NCBI GenBank assembly: GCA_002269645.1
Contig: NIVC01001995.1
Span: 124,001 to 188,000 of the forward strand
Source: Macrostomum lignano
Taxonomy: Eukaryota
Direction: 5' to 3'
DNA: 64,000 nucleotides
In this document: positions 36,301 through 46,821 of the stretch, one piece after another
How positions within the stretch are numbered: the stretch's first letter is position 1
Layout: each line of letters opens with the position of its first letter
Translations under genes and position numbers: made by a program
The notes under the pieces: generated by a model
Databases searched by the model: none
What the model was told of the DNA's origin: nothing
The model's input: only the letters and a program-made list of their open reading frames with translations

Positions 36301-37688
36301 CCTTTTCGGCCCTTGTAGCTGAGTAGTCCTTGGTGTAAGTTAGCATATTCATGATTGTTTATTCCTACGTACAACATCGTCCAAAAACCGCTAGTTTTAT
36401 AATCATGGTGGCTATGCCACCAAGAAGTGCATCTCGAATCCACCGATGGACTTATTTAGGTCTGGGATTAAGATATTGTTGTATTTTAATCGAAGTAAAA
36501 ATGATGACATGTATTCATTTTGCTAACACACCTGTTCAAACCGCTTCCTTTATCAACAGGGGCAGTGTAAAATTGGTTGCGCTCAGAGCAGACAATCAGG
36601 TGTTGCCCAGTGCTAACAACGTCCACCAAGTCAGCCAAAATGCCAGCCACAGCGGTAACTTGGCCGCTGGTCTTGGCCCAGGCCACCCGCTTGTGCCCGG
36701 CATCGAGCAGGATCAGGCGATTCGACACGCGGCAGGCGGCAACCCGAACCGGCCAGGTCACTTTTTTGTCGGAAAATTTCACTTTTCCAATGCTACGAAT
36801 CGCCGAACAATTTTCGTCGCTACTAAGCGAATAGGCCACAAGGCGAACTTGTTCGATACCGCGAGAACCGGACACTTCTAGGCAGTAGTAGGTGTCCCCG
36901 AGGCGGGTTGCAGAAATCAGAGGTGAAAGAAGACGGACTGACTTGGACTGAGTTATTGCTCCAAAAAGAGCTGCATTTGATCTGCCCGACTCAGCAATAG
37001 AACCTGCATTTGATCTGCCCGACTCAGCAACAGAACCTGCATTTGATCTGCCCGACTCAGCAACAGAACCTGCATTTGATCTGCCCGACTCAGCAACAGA
37101 ACCTGCATTTGATCTGCCCGACTCAGCAACAGAACCTGCAGTTGATCTGCCCGACTCAGCAACAGAACCTGCAGTTGATCTGCCAGACGCCGACTCACTT
37201 AAACACCCAGAATTCGCAACAGAAGAAGCTAAAGTCGAACTGTTTGAATTCGAGGCAGAATCAGAAGAGCTCAGTACAGCATCTGCTGCAGTTTTCGCCG
37301 ACTGTCTCGGTGACTGCACCGGATTTTGGTCAACTTTGCTACCAAAATGTACCAACGAATAGCCGCCCCCAGCAACCGGAACAAAGGCGGCGGTCCTGTA
37401 ACTGTCTGGCACAGGCGTCCATCGCAGTTCTAAACAGCGCATGAGCCTGGCAACTACGGACTTTAACTCGGCATCAGATTCTCTGCTTAATTTGTTCTCT
37501 ACCGAGCAGTTCCGAGTAAGCTGTGCGAGTTGCCCTGAGAGACGGGCGAAAAAAGCATCAATGTTTGTCTGGCAACAGCCGGCCGACTCTGTGGCGTCAA
37601 GGAGTCGACGAACAACGTCAGCCTTCTGACGGAGTCGCTGCCGGGCAAGCCGCACCGGGATCAGCTGACTATCAGCTGACTCTTGCAT
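24337..37688 (-). CDS. Gene D: 5-exon ~1105-aa protein with architecture helical domain - propeller - C3HC4 RING - propeller (probable E3 ubiquitin ligase)
   Basis: Exons 37688-36532, 35335-34892, 33894-33192, 25489-25108 and 24968-24337. All junctions are GT-AG with matching phases (2, 2, 0, 1). Total 3318 nt = 1106 codons. The exon 3-4 join across 7.7 kb is the least certain. Confidence 0.72.
25577..26496 (+). mobile_element. Internally deleted Tc1/IS630-type DNA transposon with ~135-bp TIRs
   Basis: Inverted arms at 25575-25709 and 26364-26498 have TA at both outer ends. The internal ORF 25772-26176 contains LPPYSPFLNAAE, the DDE_3-type LPPYSPxLNPIE motif. Confidence 0.85.
26870..27600. 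repeat. Interspersed element rich in GCGAC/GTCAC motifs, related to 44715-45330 and interrupted by a SINE
   Basis: Shared short motifs (gcgac...gtgac...gcgacggtat; gttttctaaa) with the 45000-45330 region. Ends not resolved. Confidence 0.35.
27200..27431 (-). mobile_element. tRNA-derived SINE
   Basis: Minus strand begins GGGGGCCGTAGCCCAGCGGTAG (A box) ... GGCTCGATTCC (B box). The 3' part resembles 37830-37930. Confidence 0.75.
28272..30640. repeat. Macro-repeat: three copies of a ~470-bp unit (28272, 29249, 30213; the last truncated) alternating with two arrays of a 58-bp repeat (28746-29248, 29721-30212)
   Basis: The 58-bp period was confirmed at 28746, 28804, 28862, 28920, 28978 and 29036. 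Unit copies 2 and 3 are near-identical, while copy 1 differs in its first ~60 bp. Confidence 0.95.
31782..32790. repeat. Subterminal 27/40-bp repeats (GTGCTGATCCGGTTCACTCGCCCGGAATT...) plus a ~318-bp tandem duplication (31782 and 32100)
   Basis: Read directly. Confidence 0.9.
33192..33894 (-). CDS. RING-finger exon (exon 3 of gene D)
   Basis: CNVC...CGHVFC..C...CPNC is a C3HC4 RING. Acceptor TTTTCCTTTAG|A at 33895 and donor AAC|GTAAGT at 33191. Confidence 0.85.
34035..34644 (-). mobile_element. Internally deleted mariner (DD34D-type) element, 610 bp
   Basis: Imperfect ~28-bp TIRs (CGAAGGTACCTAAAAAGTTTTTGGAC / GTCCAAAAAATGTTTAGGTACCCTCG) with TA on both sides. Fragments TVNAEWY, LLWHHENA and HPPYSPDLAP; frameshifted. 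Confidence 0.9.
34680..36345. repeat. Three copies of a ~200-bp intronic repeat: 34680-34875 (+), 35700-35915 (-), 36175-36345 (+)
   Basis: Shared core ctgcctcctatc(g)aaagcaataacaattt...aaaaagtgaa...ctatctc and flank gagtagtccttgg. The middle copy is inverted. Confidence 0.8.
36965..37190 (-). repeat. Coding 33-bp VNTR (AGSVAESGRSN, about 6.5 copies) in exon 1 of gene D
   Basis: In-frame 11-aa repeat in the linker between the helical domain and the propeller. Confidence 0.9.
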
Positions 37689-37829
37689 GGTCGGGCTGTT
37701 GACCTGAAAATGATTTATTAATATTATGACCAGTAAATTAATTGTATGATTAAAAACTCAAGGAACTACACCAATCTAATCAAGTAGTAAGAACAATTTT
37801 GCCATCCTGTCTAAGCACAACTTACACAA

Positions 37830-37930
37830 ATACGTACGCACTCATACGCACGCAGGGTGTACAGCGGTCCTGATTTTCTCATTATCAGCCATGCAGACAG
37901 TCGGCGCCTTTGAGACTGGCTCTAATTTGC
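37830..37930 (-). mobile_element. SINE 3' fragment related to 27200-27431
   Basis: gtgtacagcggtcc...attatc...gccatg matches 27222-27260. Confidence 0.45.
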
Positions 37931-38746
37931 TTGAATCGCCCCTGGGCTAGTGCAAAAGCTGAATTAATTAGGACTAAAATTGCACAATTAGATATGTACA
38001 AGACAGAAGGCAACAATTTATCACAATATGGCACACAAATTTTATTGTATTTAAGCTTATGTTAATAACATGATATAATCCATTAAGTTTACGTGATGCA
38101 TTACATGAGCAGCAAGTAGCAATGAGCAGTTTCAGTAGCAGTAGTACAATTATCAATATAGAAATGCGTTTGCAAGTCTGGGCATTCTGCGACAGTCTTA
38201 ACCTATTTCAGTAAGACAACAAATAAAATTCTTAATTTGTCTGTGAATGGGAAGGGTTCTAAATTAAAAAAAACGAGCATTAATTATTAGTAATAGACCA
38301 CTAAGAGTAGATAAACAGAAAGCTTCGTTTAACGAATATTTTCCAAAGGACTCGCCTTTCTGCGCAAACCTTGTGATGGCGCCTGATTGAGCGCTTCATC
38401 AACAACACACAACAGCAACATCAACAACAAAGCACGGTGTCGCAAATTTCTTAAACGATAACAGTGTCACAGGGCCTTAATTACTAATGTTTATGTGTCT
38501 GCTCCAGATGTTGAAACCAGATGTTCATATCTTGGCCGTGTACTTTCTTGGGAAACGCGGGCCCCTCAAAAAAAGTTCTAAAAAACGCAAAGTGTCCATT
38601 CCATCCACACTTAGCTTCTAGTGGTCCTTGCGATCGGTGCAACAGACAAATTTACACGCAACTGGGGACCAGTTGACAAGACAAAATGCCAGAGAAAATT
38701 GACCCAATAACAAGAGCGCAACAGGATGTACAGCCCCGACTGGCAA

Positions 38747-41700
38747 CTAAATCGGCTGAGCCGCCCACAACTTGAAGGTCCTGTCAAAGCCGCAGGTGAC
38801 GATAAACCGGCTGTCCGGGGCGATGTCCGCGCACATCAAGCGCGACTCGTGCCCGCTCAGCTGGTGGATTGGAGTCCAGTTCGGGTGGCTCCACAGCCGG
38901 GCGCTGCCGTCGTAGGAGGCGGTTAGCAAGAAATGGGAGATTCCGGCTGCACCAGAGCTGCCTGGCTGGAACAGCACCTGCGGGTGGGGACGGGGAAGAC
39001 TGAGGAGCTGGCAGGGCAACAGAGCAACTGAGGATCTGAGAGGCTGGCCCAGCAACTGGGGATCTGGGAGGCTGGCCCAGCAACTGAGAATCTGGGAGGC
39101 TGGCCCAGCAAAAGAGGATCTGGAAGGGTGGACAAGCAACTGAGTAACGAGGATCTGGGAGGCTGGACCAGCAACTGGGGATCTGAGAGGCTGGACCAGC
39201 AACTGACACTCTGGGAGGCTGGCTCAGCAACTGACACTCTGGGAGGCTGGCCCAGCAACTGAGGATCTGAGAGGCTGACCCAGCAACTGAGGATCTGGGA
39301 GGCTGGCCCAGCAACTGGGGATCTGGGAGGCTGGCCCAGCAACTGGGGATCTGGGAGGCTGACCCAGCAACTGAGGATCTGGGAGGCTGGCCCAGCAACT
39401 GGGGATCTGGGAGGCTGGCCCAGCAACTGAGGATCTGGGAGGCTGACCCAGCAACTGAGGACCTGGGAGGCTGACCCAGCAACTCGGGATCTGGGAGACA
39501 GACCCAGCAACTGGGGATTTGAAAGGCTGGCCCAGCAACTAGAGATCGGGGAGTGGCCTGTGGCGGTTCAGCTAGAATTTGGGTGAAACATACAAAATCC
39601 AAAAGTCCAACCTTGGAGACGTTGCTGGTATGCGCAGGCACAGTGTACAGGCAGACTTGCTTGCGTAGATCCCACAGCTTGGCCCCATTGTCTTCGGAGC
39701 CCGTCGCCATGTGATGCCCGTTGGGTGCGAACGCCACTGAGAGGACGCTGCGCTGGTGGCCTTCCAGCAGCATCACACAGCGACCGGTGCGGAGGTCCCA
39801 GACGCGGCCGAAGCTGTCCAGGCCGCCAGTCAGCGCCAGGCTGCCGTCGGGGTGAAATGCGATGTCGTACACCTCCTTGCTGTGGCCCTCCTGGTGCAGG
39901 ATTTCATCGCCGGCCTCGAGATCCCAGAGGCGCCAGGAGTAGTCGAATACGCAGGTGCCCAAGAAGCGGCCGGACGGGTGCCAGGCCAAGCGGCTGACCC
40001 TGGATGGAGCCGCGAAGGGGAGGGGTAATCAATGGAATGAGAGCAGATCCAATCGAAATTGAATGGGTAATGAGACGCGAATAAACAAAATGAGGCGGTA
40101 ATGAACCAGTTGAGGCGGTAATGAACCAGATGAGGCGGTAATGAACCAGATGAGGCAGTGATGAACGAGATGAGGCGGTAATGAACCAGATGAGGCAGTA
40201 ATGAACCAGATGAGGCAGTGATGAACCAGATGAGGCAGTAATGAACCAGATGAGGCGGTAATGAACCAGATGAGATGTCAGCAGCACTAGCCAGCCACAA
40301 AAAGACCCGCACCTATACGGTTCGTGGCCATCCAGCTCAGCATAGGGGGATTCGCTGTCCAAAGACCAGAGCTTCACAGCGCCATCCAGCGAGCTGGACG
40401 CTAGCGCAACCGGGCCAGCCTCAGGCGTGGTGGCCTTCGGATGCCAAGCTACACAGCAGGCGTTGGTTTTGTGGCCGCGCAAAGTGAAGGCCAGCTCGCA
40501 CTCGGGCAGGCGCCAGACCTGACAGAGGCCGGACCAGCTGCTGACAGCCAGCTGGGAGCCATCTGGCGACACCTGGCAGTAGCTGAGCGGCCTCGAATCG
40601 CCAATTTGGCTGGCCTGGATGGCGAAAGAGCGCAGATTGTTCTGCCATTCCAGGTGGCGAGCTTTGCGCACCGAGTCCGGCGTATTGGCGTAGTAGGCTC
40701 GGGCGGCGTCTAGGCGAGCGCGGGCCCTGGGCAGCGAGTACTCAGCCAGCCACAGCCGGCCTGTCTGCAATGTAACGATTGCATGGCAACCAGGTAAGTG
40801 GCTATGGCAACAATCTACCGAAATTTTCGGGTAACTAAAAATTTCACGCTTAGTTTGTAAGTGTACGGTGAGTGGCCGGTTGTAAGTGTACAGTGAGTGG
40901 CCGAAAATGTCCGAATTTCGGCCACTAGTAGTGTAGTTGTTTTCCAGCCGATAGAAGCCGCTTTCGGACAAGTGGCTAAATAAGCGTCTATTAGTGGCCG
41001 AAATTCAAGCACTTCCTGCCGCTTGGCCTTCTCGTTAACTTAAAACCGGCCACCTTTCGTCTAATTTTATCTACTATTTATTTTTAGTGCATGTCAATTG
41101 GACTTTAAAACTCATAAACGGTCTAATTTTATTAGATTATAGCTCCCAGCGGGCCAATTGCAGCGCACCAATCCAAAACTCAAAATGCGGCAGCGTGTGC
41201 AGAATGAAAATTGTACACTTTTGATTCAACAAAACTGACCTTCAGCGCTTCCGGGCCCTCGTGATACCACACCTCCTTGTTAATGGCCGCACCGCTAGCT
41301 GACGTCGAGGCTCCAGCTGTTGACGAGGCGGCCTCGGAGTCGCCAGCGGAGTCGGACGCTCCGGCAGGACGCTTGCGAATCGCAGACTCGCCGTGCAGGA
41401 CAATCAGAGTCTTCAGGCGTTCCCGACGATCGGCTGCATCTTCGCCAAATAGGCAGATCGGCTCGCCAAGCTGGCGCAGGTAGGCGCGCACTTCGCGATC
41501 GTCTGTTGACACCTGGATGATGGGCAGGTGGCTGATTGCTTATCTGAGCTACGTGTATACATGCTGCAAATGTATTACTGGGGTTTTAGCCTAGTGGCCA
41601 GAGCGTCAGACTCGCGACTGAAAGGTCGGGAGTTCGATTCCCGATCCCACTGGAACAATATGCGTCCTTGAGCAAGACACTTAACTCTGCATTGCTTCAG

Positions 41701-44675
41701 TTCACCCAGCTGTAAAATGGGTGCCAGCATTAGTTGGGGGTAATTGAGGGTGTGTGGCGACCCCCCCCCCCTGCCTTGGACGGAACGGCCGTACGCAGCC
41801 TTCAGATGCGCCGCGCAATAGCTGCGGCTGAGCTGTCGGTTGCACATCTGCCCCATTAGGGCAGGTGTCATCAATTATGATTATGATTAATATTATCATT
41901 AGAATTACTTTTAACTAACCAACCAGAGAACTGTCACCTAGACGTCACAAGGCAAAGCATATCAGTCATCAAAGGAGAAGATTTTAGACGAACCCCCTTT
42001 CACTCTCAAACTTTACTCGAATTGCTTGACTAAAAATCAGAAAAAGATATCTGAGAAGCAGTTAAATAATTACAGATATCTGGTTGTTTTCGCTCCAGAG
42101 AGGAACAAAAGATGTACTCAGGAAGCCAGAAATTTCGATTTTTTTCATGACAAATGAGTTTTTCTGCAAACATGTAGGAAATATTAACGCTTTAAGCAAT
42201 GGTTTAATTTGCCAGATCAACAAGAGGTCGTGCGGCACGCTACCAAACCTAAAAAACTTTCTCAACAACAACCTACGCCCGACAAACAAGAACTAGATGC
42301 ACTAGTTCAAATAAGGTTTCCCAGTTCAGAAACCAGCACCCAGATGAATGGCAGCGCTTGGAGTGGATGTCTCCTGAACGAATGGGGCGTATTTACACTC
42401 CGACAACAGCAAACGTCTCCAGGTACTTCATCTTCTTCTGACCAATATTTCGCTTCAACATCAGTAGAAGGCACGAGAGGATAAAATTAGAAAAGCAAAT
42501 CAATAGTCATACTGTTGTGGCGCGCAGATTGAATATTGAATATTTCCATGTGCATCAGTTGTTGTATCATATTCATGATACATTGTATTCAATTGTCAGC
42601 CACTTCAAGTATTACGCAACATACATGCGCAACCTCCAAAATTCGGTCGGCCGTGCGACTTAGTTTTAACAAAAATGCGACGTAGTTTTTGGCCAAAAAT
42701 GCGACTTACATGAAAAAAACCCGAAAGCAAAATTAACGCAACTTTGGGTAAACGGCAGGAGTAACTATGACTGTCTTATTAAGGCAAAATGCGACGTCAG
42801 CTACTTAATGCTACTTTGGTATTTATTTGGGTGGGCATTTTTGCAACTTACCTTGGTTGGCCGCCAAATCAGTCGTCCATATCGGCCGACTGTTGCGCAT
42901 GTATGATTACGCAACATATTTAAGTCAAGCCAATTACTATATACGCACCACGTGCATGATTATTAAACAGTATAAATACGCTCGTATAAAGCAGTTGAGT
43001 CAGTTGAGATTCCAAAATTCTTACTTGCATTAAAAAATCCACGCGTTCAAGACACAAAGTACAACATATACATGTACCAAATGAAAAATCATTGATTTTC
43101 TCGTAGCTCCCCTTGCAACGCAAAACGCAATTCATAACTTATACTCTTTCCTCTTATCTAAGCTGTGGAGAGCTTTATGCTGTTGCAGCCCTAAGCCCTT
43201 CCACAATACGCTGGGCTGGAGGAAAAACTGGCTAACTGCTCGCTCTTAAAACTTCTGCCCACCTCCTCATCTTTCAGAAGCCGTTTCTTCACCCCCCTCC
43301 TCCACAGAAATTTCATTAACTTCTGTCTTAAGATAGCTGTGACTATGAGCAGTACAGGTAATAGTAGGAAAGCTTGAGGGGGTAGTGGAAAAAGAAACAC
43401 AGGGTCGAAATCGCTACAGCTGTCTTTAAGTCTTTGAAGGAACCTCACCCGATCCTCATTTACAATACATACGCAGTTCATTTTCGACCAACTGCTTTTT
43501 ATTGCTACAGTTAATAAGCTCAGAACTTTGAGCAATAGTAGCTTCACCACATCATTCATTTAATTCTCTTTACAACCTAATGTTGCATCGCGTCTACTGT
43601 AATGCACGTATAAAATCTTCAGCATTGTTGCATTGAGATTCATAAATTTGTTTGCGTTTTATCATACAGATACATTCTTCACTCCTCGTTCTCATTCTCA
43701 GAAAGAGAGGAGGAAGTAATTTAAAGTTTTTTGTGTTTTCTATCTAATTAAACAAAACACTTCATCATTTCGTTTGCATGGTGTAGATATACGAGAGCAG
43801 AGAGAAAGAGTGAAAGAGTGCACAACTTGATGTGTTTTCTAAATAAAATCTTAATCGCGCTTTATCACATCATTTCCATCGGGTTGAACAAGGGTTTTAA
43901 AACTTGAAGTCAAGAACCTTTCGGCAGCTGTCATAATGATTAATTATTGCTCGATGCTGTTGAAACCAGTAAGTTTTGGGTGCCTGATTAATATTTGGAA
44001 CGTTAATTTCTACCAGGGGCAGAACTTTTCCATGCACTGTGTACTCGGATTTGTACAAAAGATGTTTAACGTAGCTTGTGACCTGGTGAGACTACTGAAA
44101 ACTTTTTTTTATTGTAAATTACATTCGAATTTGTTCTATTGTAAATTTGTCCTATTGGTAGACAATTTTGGTAGATAAAGCAAGCGGCCAGATAAAGTAA
44201 TGCTGGAACTAAGTCGAACTACGTCGACCTTGTTATTGTTAGTATTGCCAAAAAACTGTTCTAAAAGCCCCCCCCGATGACAAAAACTCCCAGAAAACCA
44301 ACTCAATATTAACCTACACCTTAAAAAACGTAACAGGATTTTAATACTTATTGAAAATCTCCATTACTAAGAGTTTGCACGCACCTGAATCTGTCTAGTC
44401 TTACGACGCAGCTCAACTAACGCCAGCATTTCTCGCCGGCTCTCGCTCTGCTCCGGCGGCTGCGAGGCGTTGCCTTCAAGCAGGGCGCTGCCTAGGGGCA
44501 CATCAATTGCGCCAGATTTTATGCTGTCCCGAAGGATGGACATCTGCTGGCCGCTGGACATGGCTGCTCTATTGCTGAAAAGTGGGTGCGGAAGACATTT
44601 TTTCCTATTATCACCCGATAAAAAGTCCCTAGGCCAAGCATACTTGCTTCGCCCCAGATTCGTTTCAGATGACAT
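38747..44675 (-). CDS. PRPF4: U4/U6 snRNP protein Prp4 (WD40-repeat splicing factor)
   Basis: Exons (44675-44644), 44574-44385, 41512-41240, 40764-40313, 39999-39612 and 38977-38747, with GT-AG junctions in phase. Motifs [49 protein letters not shown] and seven WD repeats. The start ATG is uncertain (44675 or 44561). Confidence 0.95.
39003..39543. repeat. 28-bp intronic minisatellite (GCAACTGAGGATCTGGGAGGCTGGCCCA) in the last PRPF4 intron
   Basis: Tandem copies fill most of intron 39611-38978. Confidence 0.95.
40090..40275. repeat. 20-bp intronic minisatellite (ATGAACCAGATGAGGCGGTA)
   Basis: Tandem copies in intron 40312-40000. Confidence 0.95.
41580..41901 (+). mobile_element. tRNA-derived SINE with a CORE-like central domain
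   Basis: A box TAGCCTAGTGG and B box GTTCGATTC. The central CCTTGAGCAAGACACTTAAC...CAGTTCACCCAGCTGTAAAATGGG resembles the MIR/CORE consensus. (ATT/ATG)n tail. Confidence 0.85.
42620..42905 (+). mobile_element. MITE family copy 1 (14-bp TIR CATACATGCGCAAC)
   Basis: Perfect TIRs; flanking direct repeat ATTACGCAA (9 bp). Confidence 0.9.
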
Positions 44676-44732
44676 GAGGCTAAACAAGTCTAAAATGACA
44701 AACTGTAATGGTACAAGTCGCTAAAAAGTGAC

Positions 44733-44995
44733 CATACATGCGCAACCTCCAAAATTCGGTCGGCCGTGCGACTTAGTTTTAACAAAAATGCGACTTACTC
44801 GTAAAAAAACATGTAGCAAAATTAACGCAACTTTGGGTAAACGGCAGAAGTAACTATGACTGTCTTATCAAGCCAAAATGCCTCGTCAGCTACTTAGTAC
44901 TACTACTTCGGTGTTTTTCGGGTGGGCATTTTTGCGACTTCCTTGGTTGACCGCCAAATCGATCGGCCGGATCGGCCGACTGTTGCGCATGTATG
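44733..44995 (+). mobile_element. MITE family copy 2, about 60 bp upstream of the putative PRPF4 ATG
   Basis: Same TIRs; 8-bp TSD AAAGTGAC. Confidence 0.9.
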
Positions 44996-46374
44996 AAAGT
45001 GACCAAAAGAGTCGCCCAAAAGTCACTTTGAAGCATTTTGTTGTCGCGACTCTAGTGACTCTGAGGCGACGGTATCACTTTGAAGCACATTTGCATTGCT
45101 ATGTAGTTCATATTAGAGTCACAACTCTGGCGGTTCTCCAGTCACAAAAAAGCGCTTTGGCTTTAGCCAACACAACAATTCTTGAACGACTTTTTCAGGA
45201 CTGTTTTCTAAATTCTAAAACTCACATGACGCGCCTGACGAAACAGTCGTCTCTCCATCACATAGGATGCATTTAAGACGTTAAAAAGTCACCAAAGTCA
45301 CCCAAAAGTCGCTAGAGTCACTAAAGAGATATTTGCAACAACATTTAGGCGAATCTTGTTGTATTGTCTTTTCAACAGGCTAAAAACAAACTAAGAAATA
45401 CCATTTTCTACAAAAACATCACTGCATCAAAAAATAAACTCAGTTCACTTGTAACAAGGAATTTTAAACAACAAAAGTGACTGATGATTTTGGTGGGCAT
45501 GGGCACCACTATCTGGTTCTTATGAGCATTTGAAGCACAGTGCCATTTGTCATCCTGTGTGACCTACTACATTTAGTATGCCACATAAAAAGGATCAAGC
45601 TTGCGCAGCAAATGTTAAAAAATTTAAATATTTTAAATTATAGGATATTTGCATAAATATTTTCTTCTACAATTTTAGTCATCTTCATTCTTGAGCAAAA
45701 GGTTATTTGAAATCTAATAACATTATTAATACTTCAAAAAATATTACATTATGAAATAAAGATTAGAACTCAAACTTAATATAATATATAATATAATATA
45801 TATATAAGTTTTAAAAACCAAAAGTCAAAATTTAGAATACCAAAATTTAAGTTGGTCATCTTGATGAAAATGGAATCTAGGGCAAATGTTTTGAAGCCAC
45901 TTAAATCACCCTACTCCCAGAGTTACTTCAAAGTTTCTACAAATAACATAATCAAAATAGCCTAAAAGAAATGACTTAAGACAACTCTAGGCCACTTGAT
46001 ATTAGAAAAACAAACTCTTTATACCAAGTAAAATTCATGCAAAATGCCAAATATTTTATCTTTTTTTGTCAAAAAAATCACAGAAAATTTTTTGTTATAA
46101 ATATATAGGAGAGGAAATGGTAATGGATGGTAATAATTATCTTATGAGCCGTTTAATAAGACTCAAACAATTCAACCTATACATTCTTAGAGCCTTTGAG
46201 CTAGGAGTGAGTTATTCATTTTTGAAGTTGAAGAACCATTTGAAGAAATTACTGAGAAGGAATTAGGAAGCAATCCAAAGAGAGATACTAAGAGTTGCAT
46301 TGTGACCCTCTGATCCCAATATTGCCCAGGTTGGAAAAAGTATATATATAATAAAGATTGCTTAGGCTAGAAAA

Positions 46375-46612
46375 TTACTAGAATGCTACTAGAACATTAC
46401 CAGAATGCTACCAGAACATTACCAGAATGCTACTAGAACATTACCAGAATGCTATCAAAATATTACTAGAATGCAACCAGAACATTACCAGAATGCTACT
46501 AGAATATTACCAAAACTTTACCAGAATGCTACTAGAACATTACTAGAATGCTACCAAAATATTACCAGAATGCTACAAGAACCAAAAATAAAGTTACCAG
46601 AACAGCTACCAG
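46375..46612. repeat. 11/22-bp minisatellite (CCAGAATGCTACTAGAACATTA)
   Basis: Tandem copies. Confidence 0.9.
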
Positions 46613-46821
46613 AAATGCACTATAATTAAATCAAAGGCATTCTAAGAAACACATATGTAGGCTTATAATTACTATTTAGAGACCTGTTACAAATTGGTGG
46701 CTTAATTGTGGGATTAAATTCAATAGGCAGAAATAAGTCCTGCAACGTTTAATATGTTTAATGCAAAAAAACTTAAAATCTCAATAAAAACTTGAATTAT
46801 TATCTTATCTAATCATAAATA

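Noticed and set aside
38784-40971. 401-aa and 355-aa ORFs as stand-alone proteins with repeat tails
   Set aside because: They are PRPF4 exons reading through into minisatellite-filled introns; canonical splice sites remove the repeats.
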